Positions 21,556 to 30,909 of a stretch of DNA of 64,000 nucleotides are shown piece by piece (the first letter of the stretch is position 1; each line of letters begins with the position of its first letter). The stretch covers positions 13,015 through 77,014 of the forward strand of contig JAOAFT010000006.1 of NCBI GenBank assembly GCA_026416125.1. Direction: 5' to 3'. The notes below the pieces were generated by a model. It was not told where the DNA came from, searched no databases, and saw nothing but the letters and a program-made list of their open reading frames with translations. The stretch comes from Bacteroidota bacterium (GTDB lineage Bacteria > Bacteroidota > Ignavibacteria > UBA10030). The position numbers and the translations under genes were made by a program.

Positions 21556-22413
21556 CTATTCTTTCAGCTGTCTGTTTAAGTACTCTTTGACGAGTGCATC
21601 AATAGACTTCACCTGACGAAGTAATTCTGCAACTTTTTCTAATGGTAACTGACTAGATGCATCGCTCAGAGCAGTTGGTGGATTTGGATGTGTTTCAATG
21701 AAGAGGGCGTCAATCCCCACAGCAGCACCTGCACGTGCAATCGGGAAAATGAACTCTGGTTGACCACCACTTTGATGTTTTGCACCTCCAGGGAGCTGTA
21801 CAGAATGTGTTGCATCGAGTACAACAGGGTACCCACTGGCTCGCATAATTGGTAACGAACGCATGTCAACGACGAGATTGTGGTACCCAAACGTTGTACC
21901 TCGTTCCGTAAGGAGAATATTATCGTTGCCTGTAGCAGCAACTTTCTGGGCTGCATAGTGCATATCATCAGGAGCTAGGAACTGTCCCTTTTTGATATTG
22001 ACAGCTTTCCCCGTTTCACCAGCAGCCTGAAGAAGTTCTGTTTGTCGACACAAGAACGCTGGAATTTGGAGGGCATCTGCTACTTCTGCAACACGAGCTG
22101 CTTCGGCAGGAAGGTGAATATCTGTGAGAATTGGTACCTGAAATTCTCTCCGTACTTCAGCCAACAATGTGAGGGCGTGTTCCTCTCCAATCGTTGTGAA
22201 TGACTGACCGCTCGTGCGATTTGCTTTCTTGTACGATGATTTAAAAATGAGCGGTACATTGAGCTGAGCACATACCGTGACGAGTATTTCGGCTGTCTTA
22301 AACAGAATATCCTTACTCTCAACTACACATGGGCCGGCAATCAATACAATTGGTGCACCATTTCCGATGTTAACAGTGCCAACATTGACAATTTTTGAGT
22401 GAAACGGGATCAT
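21556..22413 (-). CDS. kdsA: 2-dehydro-3-deoxyphosphooctonate aldolase (KDO8P synthase).
   Basis: Full-length KdsA-like sequence (285 aa) with conserved KSSYDKANRTS-like and DATHSVQ motifs. Confidence 0.88.
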   Translation of the reverse strand: MIPFHSKIVNVGTVNIGNGAPIVLIAGPCVVESKDILFKTAEILVTVCAQLNVPLIFKSSYKKANRTSGQSFTTIGEEHALTLLAEVRREFQVPILTDIHLPAEAARVAEVADALQIPAFLCRQTELLQAAGETGKAVNIKKGQFLAPDDMHYAAQKVAATGNDNILLTERGTTFGYHNLVVDMRSLPIMRASGYPVVLDATHSVQLPGGAKHQSGGQPEFIFPIARAGAAVGIDALFIETHPNPPTALSDASSQLPLEKVAELLRQVKSIDALVKEYLNRQLKE

Positions 22414-22675
22414 TTGTTCAATCTCACATTAAAAAAATCTACGAAAAATTGAGAGAACAATCAAAGTTGCTTCTCCTTGGTTAATACGTTATTTTGTATG
22501 TCAGTAATTGCCATTGGTAGAGTGATGTTCTTGCAATAAAATCCCATTGAAAAATTTTTGAAATTTATGGAATGAAACCTCAAAGTACTCCACTGGGATT
22601 ATACAGTACCATTAATCGAATCCTCTTTGCTTCATTTTGTTGTTTGAAACTGCACTGACACACGTTTTCGAACCC

Positions 22676-23554
22676 ATGCAACAGTCACTTAAACTCCGAT
22701 CCTATGCAAAAATAAACATCGGCTTACGAGTACTCGGAAAACGCCCAGATGGCTACCATGACATCGAAACACTGTTCTACGAAGTGCTCCCCTTCGACGA
22801 ACTCACATTCACTCCTCATTCGACGATCGAGCTCACAACGAACCACCCAACACTCCCAACTGATGCCACGAATCTCTGCATTCGTGCTGCATGTGCACTT
22901 AAAGAAGAAAGCAACTATAACCATGGTGTACACATTCATCTTGCTAAAACAATCCCACTTGGTGCAGGACTCGGTGGTGGTAGCAGTAACGCTGCAACCA
23001 CTCTCATCGGCTTGAACCAACTTTGGGGACTCCACTATCCTCCCGAACGACTCGTTGATGTTGCCTCTCGGATTGGGTCAGATGTTGCTTTCTTTATCCG
23101 TGGTGGATGTGCATATGCAACAGGTCGCGGTGATCAACTCAAACCCATTGATTTTTCTCTTCCATACTGGATACTCATCGCTCTTCCACCAATACATATT
23201 TCAACACCGTGGGCATATAATGCTCTCAACGTACAAGAACGTCAAGAAGCTCTCACACTCCAAGCATATCACAGAGCTCTTTCGGGATCACCTAAAAATT
23301 TTTCTCCTATAATCGTAAACGACTTTGAGCGTGTCGTATTCGAACACTACCCAATAATCAGAGAAATAAAAGAATCCCTACTCACACACGGTGCAGTGTT
23401 TGCACTCCTGAGTGGAAGTGGCTCATCAGTATTTGGTTTCTATCTTGATGAGAACTGTGCACTAAAAGCAAAACTAGCCCTTCCTAGCAATATACACGTA
23501 TTTCTAACACCGCCAAATTTTCATAAAAACAGGTATGGATACCCGGATAATTAA
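22676..23554 (+). CDS. ispE: 4-diphosphocytidyl-2-C-methyl-D-erythritol kinase. The ORF track begins at 22637 with a TTG; the likely start is MQQSLK.
   Basis: GHMP kinase motifs: YAKINIGLRVLGKRPDGYH and PLGAGLGGGSSNAAT. Confidence 0.85.
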   Translation: MQQSLKLRSYAKINIGLRVLGKRPDGYHDIETLFYEVLPFDELTFTPHSTIELTTNHPTLPTDATNLCIRAACALKEESNYNHGVHIHLAKTIPLGAGLGGGSSNAATTLIGLNQLWGLHYPPERLVDVASRIGSDVAFFIRGGCAYATGRGDQLKPIDFSLPYWILIALPPIHISTPWAYNALNVQERQEALTLQAYHRALSGSPKNFSPIIVNDFERVVFEHYPIIREIKESLLTHGAVFALLSGSGSSVFGFYLDENCALKAKLALPSNIHVFLTPPNFHKNRYGYPDN

Positions 23555-25610
23555 TGCTTTGTGGAAAAGATTGTATACATTAGCCTTCTTGGTTGTATGC
23601 TACGGGGAACACATAACACTCCATGCCCAAGAGAGTGAACGTTTCGATACACATCCCTTAAAGCTAGACACAACGAAGATGTTTCGGATAGTTCCCATCC
23701 ATATTCCTCCCGATACCATACAACCACGTGCTCCATTCCAAACTCATGAGATATTCCCCACTCATGGCACATCAACAGATTCACTAACTACACGATATAT
23801 TTCAGGACTTGGAACACTGACATCGGACACAACTTCATACATTACTAAGAACAATATCCTATGGAGCGATCGAAAAACACTCGATGAGCTTCTATGGCAC
23901 ATTCCGGGATTCTTTGTACGAACGCTGGGAGAAGTCGGTGCGCCAACTCAGCTTTGGGCTTATGGTGTTTCTGATTCCAGAATAACTGTCTTCCTCGACG
24001 GTCGACCATTGATTGATCCTGTTACAGAAACATATAATATTGCCTACATCCCAACCGAATTTATTGATTACACAGAGGTAGGCATTGGAAAACCAACTCT
24101 TGGGACATCTTCTGATGTGTACCTCAACTTTGTTTCACGTACCTTTGGTACACTGAAACCACGAACAAAAATTCGATATGTTCAAGAACCTAACAATTCT
24201 CTCCATACCGACATGATGTTTACTCAAAATATCTTCAGAAGCACAAATATCATGCTTGCACTCCATCGAGAAACATCGGACGGAGCCTACACTAACAGCG
24301 GACTCGACATATGGGCTGGTAGAGCAAAACTACGCTACAATGTATCACCATCACTTAACATCTCACTCTTGTGGATGTATCATCAATTGTGGCGTGGAAT
24401 AAACTTCGGCGTTCAATATCCTCAGTCTGAAGATCTCTACGATGCAGTTCGAGCACAAGTCCTTGATGACAATGCCTTCGAAAAACATTACCGTCACGAC
24501 TATTCACTCAATGTACTTGGATACCCTACAGCTGATACGGCTGTACGGACCACTTTAACCCTCTACGCAACAACACTCGAACGGGAGTTCCGCAATCCAC
24601 CATCATATACAACAGATCCAAATATTACGCTTGCTACAAAATCACACTATGAAGGGTACTTGCTTCAACAAAGCATCCCACTTTCCTTCATAACAGGTAC
24701 CGTAGGGTATTACCGTTACCATGTTGGTGTTGATTCCACCCGCACACTCCCATCACTAAGCGAAACCAGCACAGTTCTTTTCGGCTCACTCACTGCAAAT
24801 GTGTATGGTCTTGTAACCCCAACGTTTGCATACCGAAAAGAGTATAAGCGTACAAAAAAACCAGAAACTATTGCTGCCTCGCTCGACTTTCATCCAGCCC
24901 CGTGGCTCTCACTCACTCTCCACCGAACATGGACTGATCATCTTCCTACGCTCCTGGAAATGTACTGGACTGACTCACTCTACATTCGCTCTATGCCAAT
25001 TAAAATGGAACATCATATTCTCACACTCGTAGGAATTACTGTCCGTTGCTACGATGAACTTACACTGTCGCTTACAGCCTACCAACGTACAATTTCCCAA
25101 CCACTCGTTTACCAAACAACGTTAACATCCTATGGAACCCCAGCGCTCCATGTATTCAACAAACAAAAAGCCAGCGTAGAAGGCATAACTGCTCGACTCC
25201 ATGCTACCTTTGCATCGTTCGAATTCACAGCAACAGCTCATGGATCGACTTACACCGAAAATGACACCAACAAAATCCTCACCCCTACGCTCACTGCGAC
25301 CGGTGAGTTCTCATATCGTCAAACTTTCTTCAATAATGCACTTGATATGAAACTCGGGATTCGTTCAGCTTTTATCGACCGAGAAAATGGTATGCAGTAC
25401 CATCCAGCACTCAACGTATTTTCAGAATCAAAAACTCCCATACTTCGACGAGCGATTCTATTTGATCTTTTTGGTATATTTAATATCGGTGACGCACATG
25501 TGTCCATTTCATGGACAAACATCACGAATCGAAAGTACATTCTCACACCAATGTATCCTATGCCTCTCTCGACGGTAAAACTTGGAGTACATTGGGAGTT
25601 CATTGATTAG
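23535..25610 (+). CDS. Outer-membrane TonB-dependent-receptor-like beta-barrel protein.
   Basis: Signal peptide. Plug-like region (FFVRTLGEVGAPTQLWAYGVSDSRITVFLDGRPLIDP). Long beta-strand-rich C-terminal domain. Confidence 0.6.
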   Translation: MDTRIINALWKRLYTLAFLVVCYGEHITLHAQESERFDTHPLKLDTTKMFRIVPIHIPPDTIQPRAPFQTHEIFPTHGTSTDSLTTRYISGLGTLTSDTTSYITKNNILWSDRKTLDELLWHIPGFFVRTLGEVGAPTQLWAYGVSDSRITVFLDGRPLIDPVTETYNIAYIPTEFIDYTEVGIGKPTLGTSSDVYLNFVSRTFGTLKPRTKIRYVQEPNNSLHTDMMFTQNIFRSTNIMLALHRETSDGAYTNSGLDIWAGRAKLRYNVSPSLNISLLWMYHQLWRGINFGVQYPQSEDLYDAVRAQVLDDNAFEKHYRHDYSLNVLGYPTADTAVRTTLTLYATTLEREFRNPPSYTTDPNITLATKSHYEGYLLQQSIPLSFITGTVGYYRYHVGVDSTRTLPSLSETSTVLFGSLTANVYGLVTPTFAYRKEYKRTKKPETIAASLDFHPAPWLSLTLHRTWTDHLPTLLEMYWTDSLYIRSMPIKMEHHILTLVGITVRCYDELTLSLTAYQRTISQPLVYQTTLTSYGTPALHVFNKQKASVEGITARLHATFASFEFTATAHGSTYTENDTNKILTPTLTATGEFSYRQTFFNNALDMKLGIRSAFIDRENGMQYHPALNVFSESKTPILRRAILFDLFGIFNIGDAHVSISWTNITNRKYILTPMYPMPLSTVKLGVHWEFID

Positions 25611-25618
25611 GATTTTCT

Positions 25619-26155
25619 ATGAAACGCGTTATTACAATTTTTGGGAGTGCTCGTGCAATTGAGGGAATGCCAGAGTACCAAGCCGCTTTCGAACTTGGAA
25701 AAGAACTCGCACTACGCGGTTTCGCTGTGTGCAATGGTGGTTTTGGTGGCACGATGGAAGCTTCTGCCCGTGGCGCAAAAGAAGTAGGTGGAACGACGAT
25801 TGGCGTCACATACCAAAATGCCATTCGAAAACCAAACCCATGGATTGACCAACACTACGGATTCCCAACAATAATCGAACGTATGCTTATGCTTATTGAA
25901 TTAGGTGATGCTTATGTGGTGCTGAAAGGTGGCACTGGTACGTTACTCGAATTTGCTGCAGTATGGGAGTTTACGAACAAACGATTAATGCGTGAAAAAC
26001 CTATTATTGCTGTTGGCGATTTCTGGGACCGAGTTGTTGAAACTCTCCGAGAAGAACTTCTCTGGGAAGGCATGGGAGATTGTACAAATCTCATCCATCG
26101 CGTGAAAACACCGAAAGATTGTGCCGAATACCTCGTGAAGTACTTCCATGGATAG
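25619..26155 (+). CDS. LOG-family protein (cytokinin riboside 5'-monophosphate phosphoribohydrolase / TIGR00730-like).
   Basis: ITIFGSARA...GGFGGTMEA and the GGxGTxxE motif (KGGTGTLLEF). Confidence 0.8.
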   Translation: MKRVITIFGSARAIEGMPEYQAAFELGKELALRGFAVCNGGFGGTMEASARGAKEVGGTTIGVTYQNAIRKPNPWIDQHYGFPTIIERMLMLIELGDAYVVLKGGTGTLLEFAAVWEFTNKRLMREKPIIAVGDFWDRVVETLREELLWEGMGDCTNLIHRVKTPKDCAEYLVKYFHG

Positions 26156-26768
26156 CAACACGTTGAATTCTCCAATTCAACCACTGCCACGCTCATTCTA
26201 TGTACGTTCTACGCTTACTGTTGCAAAAGAACTGCTTGGCAAATACTTTATTCGCATTCATGGGAATCAACTCCTCGTTGGCCGTATTGTTGAAGTTGAA
26301 GCGTATAGAATGGATGACCCTGCTTCTCACTCTTACCGAGGAAGAACACGTCGCAACGACGTTATGTTCTGGGAAGGAGGCCACCTCTATGTCTACTTCA
26401 CGTATGGAATGCACTATTGCGCCAACGTAGTTACAAATAATGAAGGATGCGGTGAAGCAGTACTCATTCGTGCTGTTGAACCTATTCTTGGCATTAACCA
26501 CATGGTTGAAAACCGATTTCCTCGCAATCGGATACTTTCAGAAGCTACTCTTTATAACGTAACAAATGGACCTGCAAAATTTTGTCAAGCATTTGGCATT
26601 ACAATAACCGAAAATGGTTACGATTTAACGAATTCACCTATAACTATCTGCCAGCCATGGAGTGTTCACCCCTTCTCAATCGGCTCCTCAACCCGAATAG
26701 GAATTAAACAGGGAAAAGAAAAAAAATGGCGCTTTTTCATTAAAAAGAACCGATGGTTATCTCAATAA
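26148..26768 (+). CDS. mpg: DNA-3-methyladenine glycosylase (Mpg/AAG family).
   Basis: Family motifs VEVEAY...PASHSYRGRTRRN...HLYVYFTYGMHYCANVV. Overlaps the LOG gene by 8 nt. Confidence 0.8.
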   Translation: MDSNTLNSPIQPLPRSFYVRSTLTVAKELLGKYFIRIHGNQLLVGRIVEVEAYRMDDPASHSYRGRTRRNDVMFWEGGHLYVYFTYGMHYCANVVTNNEGCGEAVLIRAVEPILGINHMVENRFPRNRILSEATLYNVTNGPAKFCQAFGITITENGYDLTNSPITICQPWSVHPFSIGSSTRIGIKQGKEKKWRFFIKKNRWLSQ

Positions 26769-26930
26769 AAATTTCTATCCTCAAACTCGGAAACGTTGAA
26801 ACCTGGTAACACATCTAAAATTAAAAAAATTTAGAGGGGATTGCATTGCATTTCCTCGCATTTCTCAATAAATTGAAATGAAATAACTTATAACGGTTCA
26901 ATGTTTTATTTTTTTTAAGGAACGTAGCAA

Positions 26931-27962
26931 ATGAAACGCGTTACTATTGATGATGTTGCTAAACGTGCTGGGGTTTCGAAAGGTACTGTGTCTGCAGTTA
27001 TTAACGGGAAGAACACTGTTAAACCTGAGACACGTGATCACATCCTTGAAGTAATGAAAGAACTTAATTTTAGGCCAAAGGGTACAGCTCGCAACTTAAA
27101 AAATGGATTTCAGGATAAGAGTATCGGTGTTATTATTAAAGATATTAGCTACCCATTCTACACAACAATTGTCAAGGGAGTACAAGAGTATGCAAATTCA
27201 AAAGGGTATACGGTTGTTGTGACGAGTTCGGAAAATGATCACCAAGCTGAGAAACGATACTCCCACTTATTTTCAGCAAAAGATATTAAAGGAGCAATTA
27301 TAGCACCTATTGTTGAAGGTGCGTCTGAAATTGAGCATTTATTTAAATTGAAAATGCTCAACTTTCCCTTCGTACTTTTAGAAGATGTTCGTGGCATTCA
27401 AGCGAATGTAGTTGCAATTGATAATATTCGCGCCATTAAACGAGCTGTAAAGTACCTTATCGATAATGGACACACGAAAATTGTTCACTTTGCTGGTCCC
27501 CCTCAATCGTCCCACACACAAGAGCGAATAGAAGGGTTTCGGCATGCATTCAGTGAAAGTCCACTCATCTTCCATAAAGATATGATTGTCTCCATTGGAT
27601 CGCGGTATGAAGAGGCATTCCATAAAACTATCGAATACTTTAAACATAAAAACCGAGAGGACTACCCCACAGCCATCGTATGCTTTAACGACCAACAAGC
27701 ATTAGCTGTCGAGATGGCATTGAAAGAACTTAACATCCGTATTCCTGATGACATTTCTATAATTGGCAACGACGATATTTACTACGCGAGCATCTATCCA
27801 GTACCACTGACAACAATCCGTGCACCGCAAGAAGAGATCGGTCGACGTGCGGCTGAAATACTAATTCGAAACATAGAGTCCCCAACGCTCCTCCAACCGG
27901 AGAAAGTTGTTTTAGAAACTGAGTTCATCGTTCGTCAATCTTCTCGTTCACTTAAACAGTAA
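26931..27962 (+). CDS. LacI-family transcriptional regulator.
   Basis: N-terminal HTH VTIDDVAKRAGVSKGTVSAVING. C-terminal periplasmic-binding-protein-like sugar-binding fold. Confidence 0.85.
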   Translation: MKRVTIDDVAKRAGVSKGTVSAVINGKNTVKPETRDHILEVMKELNFRPKGTARNLKNGFQDKSIGVIIKDISYPFYTTIVKGVQEYANSKGYTVVVTSSENDHQAEKRYSHLFSAKDIKGAIIAPIVEGASEIEHLFKLKMLNFPFVLLEDVRGIQANVVAIDNIRAIKRAVKYLIDNGHTKIVHFAGPPQSSHTQERIEGFRHAFSESPLIFHKDMIVSIGSRYEEAFHKTIEYFKHKNREDYPTAIVCFNDQQALAVEMALKELNIRIPDDISIIGNDDIYYASIYPVPLTTIRAPQEEIGRRAAEILIRNIESPTLLQPEKVVLETEFIVRQSSRSLKQ

Positions 27963-28003
27963 GAGAGTTTTTCCGGATTTCCCAATTGTTCTTTCCACGG
28001 GAG

Positions 28004-28041
28004 ATCAATCGATTATAACTCTATCGACTATAACGATTGAT
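28004..28041. promoter_or_regulatory. Imperfect 13/14-bp inverted repeat ATCAATCGATTATAA...TTATAACGATTGAT between the LacI-family gene and purM. Operator or terminator candidate.
   Basis: Arms are reverse complements apart from one extra A. Also contains the direct repeat CGATTATAAC / CGACTATAAC. Confidence 0.35.
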
Positions 28042-28218
28042 TCCCTACCCATTGAGGGATGCTTTCGCACTACTTCTCTATAAGAAAGTGTGCTATTGCT
28101 GAAGTAGCAATCAGTTTTCACAACCGATCCGTTTTGAATATATTTTCCCATTCCCCTTGTTCACTGTACAAAAAACAGCTATCTTTCACATACATGCTTA
28201 TAGAATAGATGGAGTCTT

Positions 28219-29229
28219 ATGACAACGTACCGTGAGGCTGGTGTTGACATCGATGCCGGCGATGAGCTTGTAAAGCGAATCAAGAAACCTGTGCGATCAA
28301 CATTTACTCCAAATGTCTTAGCAGACATTGGTTTGTTTGGCTCTCTCTACCGTGCATCATTTCCCGGGATACGGAGACCAGTACTCGTGTCAAGTGTTGA
28401 TGGGGTAGGTACAAAGTTGAAAATTGCTCACCTCATGAACAAACACGATACTGTTGGTCAGGACCTTGTGAATCACTGCGTTAATGACATTCTCGTTTGT
28501 GGTGCAAAACCACTCTATTTTCTCGATTACTTTGCAACAGGTAAACTGGTACCCGATATTGCTGAACAGGTGATCCTTGGTTTTGTAAAAGCGTGTAAAG
28601 AAAACAATTGTGCCTTAGTTGGCGGTGAAACTGCTGAAATGCCCGGAATGTATGCACTTGGTGAGTACGATATTGCAGGTATGATAGTTGGTGTGGTCGA
28701 GGAAAAAAAAATCCTTACTGGCTCAAATGTGAAGAAAGGAGATATACTCATAGGGCTCCCGTCAACGGGCCTTCACACCAATGGGTACTCTCTTGCTCGC
28801 AGAGTACTGTTACCTACATTCGATGTATCGACCTATATTCCAGAGCTCCAAACAACACTTGGAGAAGCTCTCTTGGCTATTCATCGTTCATACTTGAAAG
28901 TTCTCTACCCCCTTCTCCAATCAGTGAAGGGGCGATACATTCACGCACTGGCACATATTACTGGTGGTGGGATCATTGGTAATACATTGAGAGTTGTTCC
29001 CCAAGGACTCACGTGTGCTATTGATTGGAACGCATGGGAACGTCCGGCACTGTTCAATCTTATTCAGCATATCGGCAATGTACCAGAAGACGACATGCGA
29101 CGGACAATGAATCTTGGTATAGGTATTGTACTTATTGTTGATCGGTTCCATGTCGATACTATCCTCCACGCTTTGAAGAGAAGGAAAGAACATCCGTATG
29201 TGATTGGTGAAATTGTTAAGCGGTCCTAA
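28219..29229 (+). CDS. purM: Phosphoribosylformylglycinamidine cyclo-ligase (AIR synthetase).
   Basis: MTTYREAGVDIDAGDELVKRIK N-terminus and a PurM-fold glycine-rich loop. 336 aa. Confidence 0.9.
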   Translation: MTTYREAGVDIDAGDELVKRIKKPVRSTFTPNVLADIGLFGSLYRASFPGIRRPVLVSSVDGVGTKLKIAHLMNKHDTVGQDLVNHCVNDILVCGAKPLYFLDYFATGKLVPDIAEQVILGFVKACKENNCALVGGETAEMPGMYALGEYDIAGMIVGVVEEKKILTGSNVKKGDILIGLPSTGLHTNGYSLARRVLLPTFDVSTYIPELQTTLGEALLAIHRSYLKVLYPLLQSVKGRYIHALAHITGGGIIGNTLRVVPQGLTCAIDWNAWERPALFNLIQHIGNVPEDDMRRTMNLGIGIVLIVDRFHVDTILHALKRRKEHPYVIGEIVKRS

Positions 29230-29242
29230 AATATATAACTCT

Positions 29243-29722
29243 ATGAACGAAACGCTCTCTGTTATTCAAGCAATTCAATTGATTCTCGCACCAGCAGTAA
29301 TGATCAATGCATGCGGATTACTCCTCCTCGGCATCAGTAATAAGTACTCCAGCCTATTCAATAGAATTCGACTACTTACAGATGAAAAACGAGTCCTCTT
29401 GAAGGAACAAGCAGCTCGTACACTCCTCCCACTTGAACAACGGCGCATTGCTAATATTGACCAACAACTCCAAGGACTTTTAGAGCGAGCTCATTTAGTA
29501 CGCAATTCTGTGTCGTGTTACTTCATTAGCGTTGGTATTTTTGTACTTACTTCGATACTCATTGGTATTGAATATTTTTGTCGCATTCCCTGGCTTCAAC
29601 CTATCATCATCAGTATTTTTCTCACTGGTATGATCGTAGTTTTTCTCGGTGTTCTCTTTGGGGTAAGAGACACACTCATTGGATTACGTGTCGTAAAACT
29701 TGAAGTTGAACTGGACCATTGA
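29243..29722 (+). CDS. Small 3-TM membrane protein (DUF2721-like).
   Basis: Hydrophobic helices with a central coiled region, about 160 aa. The family name is recalled from memory and was not verified. Confidence 0.45.
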   Translation: MNETLSVIQAIQLILAPAVMINACGLLLLGISNKYSSLFNRIRLLTDEKRVLLKEQAARTLLPLEQRRIANIDQQLQGLLERAHLVRNSVSCYFISVGIFVLTSILIGIEYFCRIPWLQPIIISIFLTGMIVVFLGVLFGVRDTLIGLRVVKLEVELDH

Positions 29723-30909
29723 CTAGAATCGGCATGAAGTGTACAGTGCTGAATGCTGGAGAGCAAACTGATTACCTCTTTGGGTTTATTACAGGTCTTG
29801 CTCAGCATCGCTCTCTCGCAATTGATGTTATCGACGGTAGCGCATCCGCAGGATTGTTTTCGGTTTACTCAAATGTTCAGCACTTGAATTATCGTGGTGA
29901 TAATCGCTCTCCTCAATCAATCATCTTGAAACTCTACCGCATTCTACGGTATTATATCTGTTTATTTCTGTATGTCCCACGTTCTACATCAACAATCTTC
30001 CATATCCAGTGGGATAATAGCTTTTACCTCTTCGATCGAACACTGCTTCTCCTCTACTACAAGATGTTTGGGAAGATTCTTGTGTATACTGTACACAATA
30101 TTGATCGGAAGCAACGCGATACACAACGCTCCCCGTTTCTCAATAGATTGTCACTCTGGTGTGCATATCACATTGTTGATCACCTTATCACCCATACAGA
30201 ACGAATGAAAGAGGAGCTTTGCTATCAATTCGGTGTACCACCTGACAAAGTAACTGTTATACCTCATGGAGTGAACATTTTTGTCCCTTCCACTGGATTA
30301 ACTACTGAGCGCGCCCGTGAACAGCTAGCCATTCACCCATCAGCGAAAGTGCTCCTTTTTTTTGGTATGATCGACTGGTACAAAGGACTTGACATTGCTC
30401 TCGAAGCATTTACACAGCTTCATACCATAGATTCATCCTTCTTTTTTCTTATTGCTGGTCAACCAAAACGATCGCGACAGTACTACGCAATTGTACGTTC
30501 GTACGCACAGCAGTATCTTCCTCAGTACTCCTACTTCTTTGATGCGCGGTTTATTCCGCGGCATGAAGTTGAGCAATACTTTGTTGCAGCAGATTGCGTG
30601 CTTCTTCCGTATCGAACTATTTTCCAAAGTGGTATCCTTTTCCTTGCGTATCGTTTCGGTGTTCCAGTCATTGCAACCGACGTTGGTAGTTTTCGCGATG
30701 ATATTATTGAAGGTAAGACGGGATTCCTCTGCGAACCGGACAGTCCAAGATCACTCGGTGAAGCTATCATGAAATTTTTCAAAAGTGACTTATACATCAA
30801 GAAAAATGAAACCCGTGTGTACATTCAGACGTATGCTTCTCAACGCTACTCGTGGTACACAATAGGTGCGACCACCTACCAACTGTACCAACAACTCTTG
30901 AAACAATGA
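29719..30909 (+). CDS. Glycosyltransferase family 4 (GT-B fold).
   Basis: C-terminal GT4 motifs (FGMIDWYKGLDIALEAF; E-x7-E region IEGKTGFLCEP). Confidence 0.8.
   Translation: MTRIGMKCTVLNAGEQTDYLFGFITGLAQHRSLAIDVIDGSASAGLFSVYSNVQHLNYRGDNRSPQSIILKLYRILRYYICLFLYVPRSTSTIFHIQWDNSFYLFDRTLLLLYYKMFGKILVYTVHNIDRKQRDTQRSPFLNRLSLWCAYHIVDHLITHTERMKEELCYQFGVPPDKVTVIPHGVNIFVPSTGLTTERAREQLAIHPSAKVLLFFGMIDWYKGLDIALEAFTQLHTIDSSFFFLIAGQPKRSRQYYAIVRSYAQQYLPQYSYFFDARFIPRHEVEQYFVAADCVLLPYRTIFQSGILFLAYRFGVPVIATDVGSFRDDIIEGKTGFLCEPDSPRSLGEAIMKFFKSDLYIKKNETRVYIQTYASQRYSWYTIGATTYQLYQQLLKQ

Noticed and set aside
26769-26930. GAAACGTTGAAAC motif upstream of the LacI-family regulator, as a possible operator.
   Set aside because: It is a direct, not inverted, repeat and lacks the palindromic symmetry typical of LacI-family operators. 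Too weak to call.
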